This document shows, in pieces, positions 14,450-28,808 of a stretch of 64,000 bases of DNA. The notes under the pieces are model-generated. The model saw only the letters and a program-made list of their open reading frames with translations. It was not told the DNA's origin and did not search any database. The position numbers and the translations under genes were made by a program. The first letter of the stretch is position 1. Each line of letters opens with the position of its first letter. The stretch is from Octopus sinensis (taxonomy: Eukaryota): assembly GCF_006345805.1 (NCBI RefSeq), contig NW_021836291.1:124001-188000 (forward strand). The letters are read 5' to 3'.

Positions 14450-15656
14450 AAAAAACAATCGAAAAACATAGTTTTCAAAGAAAGCTCGAAGTTTTTATCT
14501 ATAAAAAATGTAAAAACATTACACAATCTCAATTGAGTAAAATATTAAAAATGTCAATAGGGACTATAAACAAAAACATAAGCAATGAATCCTATTTTGA
14601 AAATAAGAATTCTAACAAAATTTCCTCGAAGCTTTCCTTGATTTATATGCTGCATTATGAATGGATTCAGAGTAAAAGATCATTCGGGGATACTATTACA
14701 AATGAAATGCTACAACAAATGGCAATAAAAATTGCAAAAAATTTCATTTCCAAATTTTAAAGCTTTAAGTACATGAATCAATTCTTTTAAAAATAAATTT
14801 GGAATAAAATCTCGTACTATATTGGGAGATCAGCAATTAGTCAATTCTGTATTTTTATATGAAAGCCATGCTGACTTTTTATCTAAAATGTCATCTTATG
14901 ATCTCAAAGATGTGTTTAATTGTGACGAAACCGCATTGTTTTTTAAATGCACGCCGCGTAAGATGTTGACACTACAATCCGAAGTAAATCGGGAAAGGTT
15001 TTCATTCCAGCAAATACCACCTCGAAAATACAACCCCTTGACCAAGGAATCAGCACATCTTAAAAAACCTCCTTATGAGGAATATTACGTTAACTGAAAG
15101 AGAATACAACTAACTTTCATGAAAAAATCAGAAATTTCAAACTAGTTGATGGAATACTATTGATAATTGAAGCGTGGGATAAAATTACAAGAACAACAGT
15201 AACGAATTTCTTTGAAAAAGCATTTAACAATTGGGAAAAGCAGGACACTCCGGATGGCTCTACTATTAAGGAAGACTCTCCGGTTTCAGATGATAATGAA
15301 AATTGTAGATATAAAATTTGCAACAACAATGATGAAGAATTTTCGGAAAAAATTGAGTCCTGTAAAAATAAGGATCAAATAATAAAAATGCTAAGGATAT
15401 CTAGAAAATTGGCTTCTGTGATGAAATGTTTGGAATTGAGACTATGAAAAATTTTATTCTACAAAATTCACCTTCAAATATACCAATTATGAGTAAATTA
15501 CAAAATGTAATGCAAGATATAAAAAAAGAAAAAAAACTTTTAATAACTGATTTTACGTGTAAAAATAAATAAATTCAAAATTTAAAATAGTTTTCGTTAA
15601 AAAATCCACTGTAATTTTTGGCTAAATAATTTGTTTCCAAATGATAGGAGATTCGA
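14450..15656 (+). mobile_element. Decayed Tigger/pogo transposon; its 3' end is interrupted by a hAT
   Basis: CENP-B HTH-like remnant, DVFNCDETALFF, IEAWDKIT; ATTCGA.TTA-type terminal motifs continue after 18271. Confidence 0.7.
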
Positions 15657-15772
15657 CTTAGAAACAGGGTTGTTAGATTTAAATCATTTGATTTTAATCA
15701 ACAATAAAAATCAATGATTTAAATCATTAAAAAAAATCAAAAAAATCAAAAAAATCATTTAAATTTTTTTAA

Positions 15773-17927
15773 ATGTCTGGAAGAAAGCGTGATTCTTTGT
15801 GGGCTTATTTTGATAAACGTATTATTCCTGGAAAGACCGGAAGCCGTGCCAGATGTCGTAATTGTGGGAAGGACATACAAGGTCTTGTATCTCGGATGAG
15901 GCAGCATCATTTATTATGTCGAAGTAATATTGATATCCCTGAAAATATGCCGGTACTTTTGTCGAAGTGGTCGCAGTTTTTTTAGGCTTTTAAAAAATCT
16001 AATAATTTTTGAGGTGGAATATATTATATTTTATTTAAGTCGCTCTATCAATAATTTAAAATATTATTAAATTTTTTACTAATTTATTTTCTAATTTTTT
16101 TAATATTATGGCGAGCATGTACCTAATATTGATATAAACTGGCACTATAGGTCACATGGAAAATTCTGTTGTGGACTTATGCAACATCAAATTCCGACAG
16201 CTCCCAATAAGTAAGGAGGATGCAGTGCATTTTCTGCAAAATGTGGATATCCTTTCAAAATCACGGAGTGCACACCCAGACAGTAGAACGAATGTGGGGA
16301 AGTGCAAAATGCAAGAATAAAGCTCAAAGAGGAGCTGTAAGACATCATCTGGGATCTTATTTCGCAGGTTTTTTTAGTTAGTTATTTTTTCAGAATTTAT
16401 GTGGCGAAAACAAATACAGAACTATAAGGAATGTTTTGCACAGATTGTAAAAGACATAAATTCCTTCTACAGTCCTGGAAGACCTGAAAGCGAATTTCCT
16501 CCAAGGATGAAGGACCATTCATTAATCAATTTCGTAACTACGACGACTTCATCTAAGAAAGATTTGATGGATCTGCAACTCGCTAGATACATATTTTCTA
16601 CAAACACTCCGTTTGCTGCTGTAGAACATCCCGAATTTGTCAAATTCGTCCAAATGCTTCTTCCTGGGTATCGTTTACCCTCTCGTCATCAAATTGGTGG
16701 TACATTACTTGATCATGTGTACGACCAAATACATGAAGACTGTCGACAAAGACTCCAGGACAAAACAGTGTCTATGATGTTGGACGGGTGGAGCAACATT
16801 CATAATGAACCCGTTATTTGTGTCTCGGTTGTGACATCAGATGGGGAAAATTATCTCATTGACACTGTGGACACTTCTGGATATAGCCACACTGCGGAAT
16901 ATCTTCAATCTGTTGCTTTAGCCTCCGCACATTGGCTGAACAACGTTTTGGATGTAAAATCGGCAGTCTTGTAACGGATAATGCTGCCAACATGACTAAA
17001 ATGAGACGGATAATGATGGAAGATGGCAATGAAATAATTACTTATGGTTGCTCGGCACATTATCTCAACCTTCTTGTGAAGGATGTCGAGGTAGCGGACG
17101 TTAAAGGAACTATTGTAACAATCAATAAATATTTCCGAAACGTCCATCTTCCAGCTGCATGGTACAAATCTAATGGAGGAAAAAAACTCGTTCTTCCGAT
17201 TGATGTACGGTGGAACACTTTATCAGACTGTTTTCAATCTTATCTGGATAATTGGTCTATTATTTTGAGAACTTGTGAGGAACACAGAACGGATATTGAT
17301 ACAGAGATTTTTTCCAAGGTCCAAAATATTTCCCTAAAACGACGCGTTGAAGAATATCTGATGCTTATTAAACCAATTGCTGTCGCTTTAGATAAAATTC
17401 AGAATGATTCTACCACGATTAGTCATGCTGTAGAAATTTGGAAAGAACTTGAACAGACATATATTGACAATGGATGTACGAATATTTTAGGAAAAGTGAG
17501 AATTCGAGCAAAACAAGCATTAACACCTTTCCACTTACTTGCGAATTTGATCGACCCGACATGTAGTGGGAAATCTCTTTCAAATGTTGAGATTGACATT
17601 GCATTGAGTTATTGTGCTCAAAATTATGAATATGCACTTCCGACTCTGATTAATTTCAGAGCAAAAGCTGATCCATTTAAACAATACATGTTTGCTCCGA
17701 ATTTATTGAGTAAAGTATCACCTATAGCTTGGTGGGAGTCGAATTCATACCAGTTACCTTCACAAGTAATTTCACTATGCAAAAAAATTCTTGGAGCAGT
17801 TGCTTCGACAGGTGGAATAGAAAGAATCTTTTCAACATTCGGATTTCTACATTCAAATGTACGCAATAGGCTGGGGATCGAAAAAGCAGCCAAACTTGTT
17901 TCCATTTACAAGCTTTTAAATAAATAA
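15773..17927 (+). pseudogene. hAT transposase (BED finger, DDE, dimerisation domain), interrupted and frameshifted
   Basis: BED W..F..CRNC..HHLLC; LDGWS, VTDNA, CSAH, RWNT, IERIFS; ~510-bp insert and 1-nt shift near 16930. Confidence 0.85.
15952..16464 (+). mobile_element. Internally deleted Merlin/ISXO2-like element nested in the hAT
   Basis: GVHTQTVERMWGSAK...RHHLGSY, a Merlin C-terminal motif; imperfect TIR GGTACTTTTGTC / GACATAAATTCC; no TSD found. Confidence 0.6.
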
Positions 17928-18515
17928 AAACGATTTCCATTGTTTTTGTTTTTTATTTTAGTTCGCTTTGAAATATTTTTTTATTTATTAACCCGAAGAC
18001 CACAAAGAAAGAAAGCGTAATGCAAACTAGTTAAGTGATCCCGGTGGACATAAGGAACTACGATAGATCGTTCTGCGTGGCCGTTTTTCAGTGTTTATGT
18101 ACAAAGAGAGAGGTTCTCTGATAAGCCAGGTGGAAAGGGTCGTTTTGAAATAAAGATCATTTAATTCAAAAAAATCTGATTTAAATCAAAAAAATCGTGA
18201 TTAAATCAAAAAAATCAGATTTTTTTGATTTTTTGAAAAAAATCATGATTTTTAACAACCCTGCTTAGAAATCAACCTAATTAGTGCAAATTCGAGTTAT
18301 TAGAAAGCTATGAACAAGAGAATGAAAAATTCATAATCGTAAGTATACTTTTAGCGTGGGAGATAAAGTACGAATTAAAAATATTAATAAATAAGTTCGG
18401 GCTAAAAAACTTTGGAACAATTTCTTCATTGGAAATAGATAAGTTTGAATCTCCGTATTATTCCACTGCCAAAATAATTAATATTTTATCGAATAACCGC
18501 TTCAAATATGTTAAT

Positions 18516-19040
18516 TTAATAGATAAAAGAAGTTTCCAAGCTTTTTTTACACGCCTCCCTTTGAAAAAATGTACAATCTCCCTTTATATTCCATAATATA
18601 AATACAATTATTAATTTATCAAAAAAAATTTTTTTAAACAAAAAGTTAGTGAGATAATTTTTTTCCATCTTTGCGCAAAGTTTTTGAAATCTTGGTTTCA
18701 TTGAAGAGAGTGCTACTTTTAGCTCATTAGTCACTACTAAACGAGTTCGATGTTTATATTTCTTTGCAGCTAGTAGAGAAAATCCAGTTTCGCATAAATA
18801 TGAGGTAGCAATCCTGTAAGAAACTTTGTACGATGTACGATGCTAGTAAAGCATTTTAAGAGACGGAAACAAGTTTTTTTAACGATTTCGTTTGGTTATC
18901 AGGCTCTTCTAATGGACAATATTTTCTTGTCTTTGGAGTGGTATTAATTATATTCCAATCATTTTGACTATTTGAACCATCGTCAATATCTTTACTATTC
19001 GTGAATTTTATTTTGGAACCACTCAAGAATTTATTCATGT
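18516..19040 (-). mobile_element. hAT (Buster-like) deletion remnant
   Basis: ATSYLCETGFS...KYKHRTRL..ELKVALSSMKPRFQKLC. Confidence 0.65.
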
Positions 19041-19057
19041 GTTAAAATTATATAAAT

Positions 19058-19750
19058 CAGCAGTTCTTAACCGCGGCCCGCCACAATTTTGTTGCGGCCC
19101 GATTAAAATTATAAAAATATATTAAATATTTTTTGTTTTTATATTAAATATTTTGTACATTAATGTTTAAATAATATTGTTTGTGATGTCTGATAAACGT
19201 GTTAAACACAGTTTGAATACTTCTCTGCAGGGTAAGGGCAAACTATGTCATGAATTGTACGGAATGGTTTCTGGATTTATCGAAAAACTACACCTTTGGA
19301 ATATACAAATTGAAAGTAGAGTTACCATTCATTTCCCAATACTTTCAAATCACAGGGAAGATGGATCCCATGAAAAATATATCTGCGTTATTAGTGACTT
19401 AATCGATGAATTCGAAACACGTTTTAATGATTTTAAAAAAGCTCTACATCAGTCTTCGGATCAACGTATACATGTGAAGCTCTTTTCAGCAAACTTACGC
19501 AAATAAAAACAAAGTATCGAAATCGATTTACTGATGGACACCTAAATCAACTTTTACGCACATTGTGTTCGACTTTTACTCCCTGTTTCGACAAAATAAT
19601 AGATGCCAAACAGAATCAAGTCTCGCATTGATTTTTATTACTTAATAAAGCCTTTTTTTCATTAATAACATAAAATATTTTTTGTGCGGCCCGCAAAGAT
19701 ATTCTTAATTATCAATTTGGCCCATGAGCTAAAAAGGTTGAGAACCTCTG
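19058..19750 (+). mobile_element. Non-autonomous hAT (693 bp) with 8-bp TSD
   Basis: TSD ATATAAAT on both sides; TIRs CAGCAGTTCTTAACC / GGTTGAGAACCTCTG; internal LNTSLQGK..EFETRFNDF fragment. Confidence 0.85.
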
Positions 19751-20725
19751 ATATAAATTAAATAAATTTTTGAAAAAATACAATTTTTGAATTAATAACT
19801 CTTAATTAACGATTTTTATATAGACACGAATATTCGCCTCACTATCTGGAAACCTCTGAACTAGACTAAAAAAATAGTTACCTAAATTTTATTCTTTGTG
19901 GTTTTAATAAAATGAAATTAATCAAAGTTAATCATACTTCAAGGTTAATGTAACAGGCTGCCCATAGGCATTGCAAGACTCATGTGACAGATTTGATTAA
20001 GCTAAAATTAAGTTTTTTCTAGGCAAAATTTGACTGGTTTTTCATGCGTATTTTTTGCTTATGTCATAAATTATTTGCCACTCCTGTTACTTTGTTGTTC
20101 GCTCAAAAGCCCAAATCATTTTTATCCTTTTTTACAAGCATCATTCGAAATCTTGAAATACTAAGGCAAGTAAAATCAATAATTTGTTAATTATCATAAT
20201 TTTTGGTATAAAGATCTTCTGTTCGACTATTTATTCCATATTGCCTACATAAATCAGCAATTTATAACTTTTGTGGAGAATTTTATTTTGATCATTTAGT
20301 GTAGACAATATTGTCTCAAAAAATAACTCACAATCAACATAAATCAATTATTGAATAGAACGGGGCAAATTAAGACTTATTTATAATAACAAATTAATTG
20401 TCACAAATGTGAAATTATCTTTAAAACAATGTCTATAAAACATGACCGCCATATTTTTCTCACGTATTCTAATATGTTTCCTTTCAGACTAGTGCTATAA
20501 AAATGCCACAATTATGTGGTTAATATTCACAAACCATTTTTTTTAATTTTAATAATTTATTTTTATAAAAGAGATCAGTTCATTAAATACATTTTTTAAA
20601 CAACGTTTAGAGCGCATGCTATATTTTAATTAATAAAATTTATATGTTATATTAAATATTACTTTAAGTTATTTACTAAAAATATAAAATGTGCAAATTA
20701 TTTTAGTTTGGAATTAGCTGTCGGG

Positions 20726-21838
20726 ATGGCAGGAAATGGGGAAAACGTAAAATATTGTACTATTTTGTAGCAAATGGTGAACATGCGAGAAAAAATGCAG
20801 GCTACAGTGCTGGACTTACAGAAATATCTTTGTCAACAGCTTGAAAGAATTGAGGACAAAAAACAGTTCAACGTTGAAAATTGGACAAAAAATGTAATTG
20901 CAATCAAAAAACAGCAGAGCGGAGATGGGAATACAGGGGAAGGAAGAACTTGCTCACTAGAGGACGGGCGAGTGATTGAACGATGTGGAGTCTGTGTGTC
21001 AACAATGGCAGGGAAGTTATCTCCCCAATCAGTGGCTTCTATGAAATCACGGTAGAAGAATAGTCGATTAAGAATAGTGGCCACTCCGATGTTAGCGAGG
21101 ACGACAGTCGGTTTTTTGTGACAGGAATCAGTGTGATAGTCCATCCTGTTTAATTTGTTGTTATTCATATCAAGCAAAACCCACATGTCTGTACTATCCA
21201 TTTCAACTATCGTTACTTTGAGGTGATGGGGAAGGATGGGAACTGGATTTGGTGGTTTGGAGGAGGGACTGACTTTACTCCTTACTACGTCGACCGGAAA
21301 CAGTTCTCCACTTTTCACAGTGTCCTCAAAACAGCATGTGATCAACTCGACCCGGCTTTATTCCCTGTGTTCAAGATGCAGTGCGACGAGTATTTTTATT
21401 CAAAAATCCGAGGTTAGTTCATGTTGTACTACTCTCAGGCGAATGTCGGGGAGTCGGGGGCATCTTTTTTGACGACTTGAACGAATATCCTCCGCTGGAC
21501 TTGCATGCCTTTGCTAATAGGTGTGCAAGGGCCACGTCTGATACTTATGCTGCTCACATGAGAGACAAGACTGAGACCGCCTTTTCCCAACAAGAACGGG
21601 ATTGGCAGCTGCTTAGACGAGGAAGATATGTTGAATTCAATCTCTTGTATGACCGAGGAACTAAGTTTGGAATATTGTCTCCAAATGCTCGAATTGATAG
21701 TATCTTTTTGTCACTCCCTCGTGTTGCGGTAGGTTCAATGGTTACTTTTAGATGTGGGAGTACAATCACCCAATTGAAGAAGGTTCCCCCGAAGAAGAAA
21801 TGCTTAATTTGCTCAAAAATCCTCGTGACTGGATTTGA
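20726..21838 (+). CDS. CPOX: Oxygen-dependent coproporphyrinogen III oxidase, copy 1 (6 introns)
   Basis: GISVIVHP|QNPH..HFNYRYF, WWFGGGTDFTP, CRGVGGIFFDD, RRGRYVEFNLLYDRGTKFG. Confidence 0.95.
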
Positions 21839-22894
21839 TTCATATATACTAGCTTAATTATCTAAAAATATATTCCTTGTTTTACAGAAAGCTCTTAATG
21901 TTTAAAAACCATTTAATTGATTGGTTTTTATGGTTATTTAGAAAATGGGTTTAATGGAATGAAACCTGTACGCATGCTTGAACTAATTTTTTTGACTTTC
22001 GCCTTGAAACCACGCTGGATAGTTATTTTTATTTACTTATTGATGCTCGATTAGTCTTTTATTCGTTTAATAATTACTAAATATTTTTTTGTTCTCAATG
22101 TCTTATTAAGAAAAATCATACTTATAATTGAGGAAACTGAATGGAAAAATTAGATTTATTCAATAACATCAAATATTTTCTAAAAATTGAAACAAAATTT
22201 TATTATTACAGTCTGAAAGATTCAGTCAAAATTTAGATGAAGACCTCAATTAATACAAATATATATTTTGAGCCAAGTCAAGATACATCGGCGACTATTT
22301 ATCTCGGTAAAAAACAATTGAGGTTCTTATCAATTATCGACTAATTTTTCAAAACGTTCAAATAAATTTCAAATAAGATTTACCAATTATTAGAAAATAA
22401 ATTCTATATTTAAAAAACACTTTGAATTTTGTGGAAATATTACCATTTTGTTTAAAAAAAAATTTTTAAGTGATACGATGTAATTTTATTCACAATATAA
22501 AATATACTTTTTGATGAGGCATTTCATTATTAAATAGACACGTGCATACGCATGGAAGCATAAACAAAGCATATTATACTGTGGGGTAGAAAAGTCATGG
22601 CATCAATTAAGAAATTTTGATTTGATATTCTACGTATTACCTATAAGTTATAAAGTATTTTTTACTTTTAATTATTTTTTACAATATTAGAAAGTTTCAG
22701 GATTTAGCAAATAGTCTTAAATCTCTAAAATGTTAATAATTTGTTAAGAAATAACTATTCTTAATTTTTCTTAAATGTGTTTTTACTCTTTATGACTATA
22801 GTTTTTTTCCTGCTGAAAATGTGATGATTTTATCGAGTTTAGAGTGTTGTTAAAAATTATCATAGCTCTATCTTACGATAGTGATTGGTTGATT

Positions 22895-23200
22895 ATGTTA
22901 GACCCTTTGTGGAAGTGGAGAAGAGGAGGAAGTATGACCTCCTTGCAAACGAGCTAGGACTGATGCACCAGTGCAAAGTCCATGTCATCCCGTGTGATGA
23001 CATGGGATGGACTGGTCACTTAATACCACAAGCGGTACTTAAGACAGCTGGGTGTAGATAAGTCTCTACAGGCTTATATACAGTTAACTGTTCTTAAGAG
23101 GACTTCGGAGAGTGTCTCGTTTGATGCTCGCCGATCCAGCCCTTTCCTGACGTTTAGTCAGCGAGAGGCGCTGGACTGTAGCTTCTCGAAGGTCTAAAGT
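22895..23200 (+). mobile_element. 3' tail of a second RLE-type retroelement family
   Basis: VEKRRKYDLLANELG...MTWDGLVT...AYIQLTVLKRT; similar copy at 28120-28325. Confidence 0.7.
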
Positions 23201-23965
23201 GCTAGAGAAGAGGAAGAAGAAGAGGAGGAGGTGCGTGGAGTGTCATCCTCTGCTCACTTCGAAAGCTCTGCACTTAGTTAGAAAAATTACATAGTTAATT
23301 AGTTTCTTTTTATTGACGATAGTGATTATCTGATTTGTCATTCCTTCCGCAATAAGAATTTCAACATGAACTACTCTTTTTGTGATTAGAACGCCAAGCT
23401 AACATTACTAGAACACAACCATGAGAGTGTAAGATGTTTAAACGACTATAACAAATTCAATTTTTGTGGTTTCAAGATAAGACTAAAAAGTTAATTATTC
23501 GCATATTCTAGATGAGATAACATATTTCGGATGAGATAGTTTCCTTAAAAGTTACAAATAAATCTAATTATTAAATAAATTTGACATTTTGATTTGATTT
23601 TTCTTAAAATTTCTCAGAATCAAAAAAATAGTTTATATATTTAGCAGAAATTGACAACTGGATTTATGAGTGAAACGTATATCACGATCGGCAGATCTCA
23701 GTTTGATTTTTGACTAGACCACCTAACATTGAGCTTTCTGTCTAACAATCGACTATTTCAAAGATCAAGGGATACAAACAAAATATCAAACTTTGCACCA
23801 AAATGGATTCCCGTAGTTCTCCAAAATGTTTTTAATCAACTGAGCTTTGATTGGCCTGCCGTTTGTATAATTACTTCTTCTTAACTAAATGTACTTAAAA
23901 AGCATTTTTTTAATAAATCTTGATTTTTGTCAGTTGAAAGAAAAGAAAATATTATTGTAAAGTGT

Positions 23966-24925
23966 CTATTCAATGTTAGACTGCAAGTCTGGGAGTTGAT
24001 CAGTATCTAAGGACTGAGATAATACAGAACCAACCTGTATATATTAATTCGATGATATCGTCTAAAACTGACTTCTCTTCGAGGCTGTTCTGTGCACTTA
24101 GGCAATATCGCTCAATCGCAGCTAATTTCTGATAATAAAAATCTCGTTCGTTTTCAACCATGGACCCAATCCTGATTAGTTGATTTAACTCAAATATAAA
24201 ACTTAAATTACTTTTTCACTGATTTCCGATACTTTGTCAGATTCTGCAGCACTGGCACCCAAATCTAGTTTTGCCGGGATGTTAGTAGTTGAAAACTGTG
24301 TCATCGACCGACGAAATACTTTTCTTTTTCCTTGAAATGTGAATTATTTGCCAAATCACCAGATGATTCGAGTGGACGATTATTTCTGTGTGCAAGTGCA
24401 TCGTACTCTGTAGATGCTCTCGTCAAATTTAAATCATATAAATTTTTGAACCACTGAGCTAAATTGAGGTGATCTTGGAAGCACCCCTCTGATAGACGAC
24501 GAGAATCTATTTGCTAGAGATATTAATTAAGAGGAACTTTGTCAATATTTAAAACCCGAAATGAGTTTTTTAGAATGTTGTAATTAGCAATATATTCAAA
24601 ATCTTTTGATGAATTAAACTTGACTTTTTTGAGATTTATGTCGTCTAAAAACAAAATTGCGCTATTTTTTTGTAAATGGGTATTTAATAGGTGGAATTAA
24701 TGATACTTGGGAATATTCGGTGCAGCAACTGGCAGTAGGCAGCTCCTAATTATAAATATTTGTAAATGCCTGTATAAAGATCTTCAACGCACTCGTATGA
24801 AGACTTGAGAACCGAATTAACCCAATTTATCAAATTCTTTCGACTAAGATTGGCACATTGAGCTGAATTGTTTCTTGGTAAAATTTTTGGATTCTTGAAT
24901 TGTGAAATAAATTTAATTCTACCAT
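23966..24925 (-). CDS. MAPRE1: EB1/RP microtubule end-binding protein
   Basis: CH domain LSRKNLINWVN..EDLYT|GAAYCQL..KVKF..AQWFK; EBH motif ENERDFYYQKL.AIE. Confidence 0.85.
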
Positions 24926-25206
24926 TAATCAAAAATGAATAACATAAAATTGAGATAACAATTAAGTTTAATTTTGCAGACTTACCGACAAATAATTTAA
25001 ACCAAATATTCTTTAATTTATAATAAAAATAATTAATAATGTTTTAAATCTAAAAATAGGTAAATTTTTTAGAAATATACTTATTCTTACGGTGATAATA
25101 AATTATAGTTATTTTTGGAACTTTTGTTTTCAGACGCTAATTTATATTTGGAAATTTAATAAAACATATATTTAAAAAATATTAAAAAGTATACTGACGT
25201 GTATCC

Positions 25207-25814
25207 ATGCAATCCATTAAAAATGCATGCGGGTCTGTCAATTTCAAAAATTATGTGGACATCACCGATGGAATGAAAATTGAAGGAAATCCAGCTCAGT
25301 CAACTGTAACCTCATTTGTGTTATCACATAGTGGAGTAAAATGGATAGAACTATTTGGTCAGTCTGTCTCATATTTGCTGGGGCTGTGTTCTTGTTATTT
25401 GTATTATTTAATAAATAAAAATTTTAGTCTTTTATGGTTTTCCCTTTCTTTCTACTTAATCCTGGTCGTTTTGCACTTAGTTTTACTGTTGGATCACTGC
25501 TCTTTGTTTCTGGTCTTCTGGCAATGACTGGCAGGCCTCTGGGCTATTTAATTGAATCAGTCACTTCAAAGAGAGCGCCTGTTTTTGTTGTCTATTTCGT
25601 ATCCCTTCTGAGCACTCTCTACTCGGTGCTAATGATTAAAAGTTATGTTTTAAGTATAATCATGATTTGTTTTCAAGTTTGTACACTTTTCTGGTTATTT
25701 TTGTTTGATTAATTCGTTAGTTTTGTTTTATGTTTATTACCTTATGGGTTATCATCATTTGAGTGGATTTTTCCAAAGTTTTTTATTAAAAATATCATTG
25801 GTCTTATAAAGTAA
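25207..25814 (+). CDS. SFT2: SFT2/Got1-family vesicle transport membrane protein
   Basis: LNPGRFALSFTVGSLLF, LSTLYSVL.IKSY, LLPYG after splicing; four TM segments. Confidence 0.8.
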
Positions 25815-28119
25815 AATTTAACGGCTTTTACACTTAATTACTAAAAAATAAATTTGTATTTTAAACTCGCGACATATTTACTAGTTTTTTTAAAGATTAT
25901 TGGAATGCATAAAATGATTTTTTAACAAATTACATGTACACTAAATATCACAAGCCGTGTTTAAAGAATTCCAGAAAGCATAATTATACAAAATTAAGTT
26001 AAGATACTTGATGGTAACCGGCTCAGTCCTCTCGTGGCATTTAGCCAGCGAGAGAATTTGAACACTTGCCTGTCAATAATAACAATTGGGAAAAATTAAT
26101 TATCGATTTTTCAAACTAACAGAAAATATTCTAATCAGCGATATAAAAATACCCTACTTAATCTCAAAGAAATAAAACTCAATTTGAAAAGGCATCACAT
26201 TGCTAATTTTAAATTTTCAAGTCCAATTTAGACTAGTGATTAGATTAAATAAAATTATTAGAAATATTCTCTAGGCTCTCTTAGCTCAACCTCCCAAATT
26301 TGTTTTAACGATACACACTTGAAAAATTTCAAGGTTTTTTTGAGAATGGTACAAAAACAAGAATACTATTCTTCAATCTCATAATTCTATAAATTCGTGA
26401 TTGATAAATTGATTTTCAACAACTGGATTTAATATTTCTAGAATATTCATTATTTGACGATAATTATCGTTTTGGCCGTCTTTTTTGCTATATTAACTTT
26501 TGAAATGAATCAATTTTAAATGACCAAAACAGTTTTTGATACTAACTTGGAATATAAACCTAGCAATGGTTGTCTAAACATATTCATGATTATTTGTCTG
26601 CTTCGTGCTGAATCCGGTTGGATTTCCAACAATCCCATTTTTAAACTTTTATCTGCATTGGAAGAATTAAAAACAAATGGTGTTGTGAATAATTCCTGCT
26701 CAAAAGACGAGAAATTGTGTAATATTTACTGAAATTCCTTCAACAACAAATCCAGGTTCTTTTATACTTGAAAAAATTCATTAAATCCATAGTCAAACAG
26801 AATTTTTGTAGTTTTACAAAAATATCTTTACTTTCAGTAGTATCGTGCACTGGTACCAGTTCGCGAAATTCTTCATAAATATTAAAATCTCAGTCAAAAC
26901 CACGAAAAAAGATTGCTAATTGGACAATTCCAATATTCCAAAATGTAAGTCCCAGTGCTATTGAAAGGAGAAAGAATGCCAAATTTTTTTTTCTTGTTTT
27001 TTCTTTCCAGTAAAAGCAGATAGCAAGATTTTCTTTTCTATTTTATCCCCCTGAAGTTCATATCCCAATTATGATAATTGTTGTTTTCATATTTTTGCCA
27101 CAAGCGACAATGATGATTTGATTTTTACAAGAACTTTGTCATTTGATTCTTTTTCATACCAATTTACTTTCAATATTTTACGCCAGCACCATCATTCTAA
27201 TGAATCTACTCTACTGCTCTCTGCTTTGGACAATGTTCACGATTCACAACCATAGAAAAAGATTAGGAACACAATCGGTTGATAAGTCTCCTGAAACAGA
27301 CATCCTTGCTACTCCAGATCCGATTTAGTAACAAAGAAAAAGAATGTGCTGAAAGCAATATGTTTCTGCGTAGTCTGATAACTAGAAATGGTGGTTGTAT
27401 CTCGAAAATCAATAGACGGAATTTAATTAAAAAAATTGTTTGTTCCCAGACGGTCACCCAGCCAAGCAATACCAGAAAATCCTGCTGAAATGTAAAAAAT
27501 ACGGCTCTATGTGCTGAAGCTAGCCTATAAGCTAGACCCACAAGGCCCGCAAATACGGCAGGCCATCGAAAAATCTATTCGAACTTTCTAGAGAAAATCT
27601 CAAGTAAGCGACATATTGCTTGTTCGGAATCAATAGCAGTCTAATTTGCCTCCAGACAGAATAAAACGGACGCCTCTCGGAAGAGTTCGATTGCCCTCTT
27701 TCTGTCCTAATTTGCTGTTCCCTTCCTCTTTTGACTTTTAATAAAAATTTTTCGTTCGTACAATGACTAAACTTCCCATCATCACTGCCCTTGCTCTAGC
27801 AAATGTTCAGAAGTTAAAAAGACACGAATTAGAAATTTCAATAGTGTTTGCCCCTAATTTAAAACTTTGATTTAAGTTTTGAACAAGCTTTGATTTTTTT
27901 AATTAAATACTAGAGACACAAAATAGATCGAAATCTACCTCAATCAAGTCTTCTCGTATACTAAAGTTGGTCGGTCTTCTTAAGATTTTTTTTAAACACA
28001 GCCGAATATTGAAATATGTGTATTTAATAAAGTAAAAATTTGCAATTATGTATGTCTGGATTATTTTTTATCAGTTTTATAATCTATTTTTACGATCCAT
28101 CGGCAGGGGAATTGTCCAT

Positions 28120-28325
28120 TATTTACGACGCTCAAGTGAAAATAATTCCACTGGTTTTGACCTGGGACGGGCTCGTTTTCAAGTTTTTCAAGAAATGCAT
28201 TGAAAAGTTGGCCATCAAAAACGCAACTCAGTCTTATATACAGTCAGTTGTATTAAAGAAAACATTGTAGAGTATGATTGTGGAGCACAGGCATGGGATC
28301 AGAATCACAGATGAAGAGATAAATT
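28120..28325 (+). mobile_element. RLE-type retroelement 3' tail (same family as 22895)
   Basis: VKIIPLVLTWDGLV...SYIQSVVLKKTL. Confidence 0.65.
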
Positions 28326-28454
28326 AATGGATACACGAGACAATGGATACACGTAAAGGAAAGGTTGCTCATATCGACATTGTTGCCCATGCCATATAAT
28401 ATTAACTTAATTGTTGACTTAGTTCAAATAGTACCAATTATTGAATAATTTTTT

Positions 28455-28630
28455 TGAAGACATCGGGCGTCGCCGGGCCTCTAACCTCGGCCTTTATCAG
28501 CGACATCGGGAGGAAATTGGCCCATAGGACAAAAGAGCCACGCGAGATTTCGTGGCTATTGCAGAGGATATCCATAGCCATTCTCCGGTACTTTCTGCAG
28601 GAGGGGGCGTGCTTTAGCCCCTCTGAGATT
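28455..28630 (+). mobile_element. CRE-like RLE retroelement 3' tail
   Basis: TSGVAGP..DIGRKL..EPREISWLLQRISIAILR. Confidence 0.7.
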
Positions 28631-28808
28631 CCTTTTTGTTTATTCCTATCTTAATCTGCTCCTATTAATTTAATTAATCTCTTATTTTCAGAAATAAAGA
28701 AAACTTAAATACATGAATCTAACAAGTATAGATAATGTATATTTTAATTGATAAAAAGATATATTATATTACAGAATATTTTAATAAAACATTGAACCAG
28801 ATATTGGG

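Larger units (their letters stand above)
15665..18263 (+). mobile_element. Full-length hAT DNA transposon with 8-bp TSD
   Basis: TSD CTTAGAAA at 15657-15664 and 18264-18271; TIR CAGGGTTGTTA / TAACAACCCTG; AAAAAATC subterminal repeats at both ends. Confidence 0.95.

Noticed and set aside
27060-27200. FYVE-like HHCRL on the minus strand
   Set aside because: Another frame reads WCWRKILKVNW..SN, an RTE LINE C-terminal remnant
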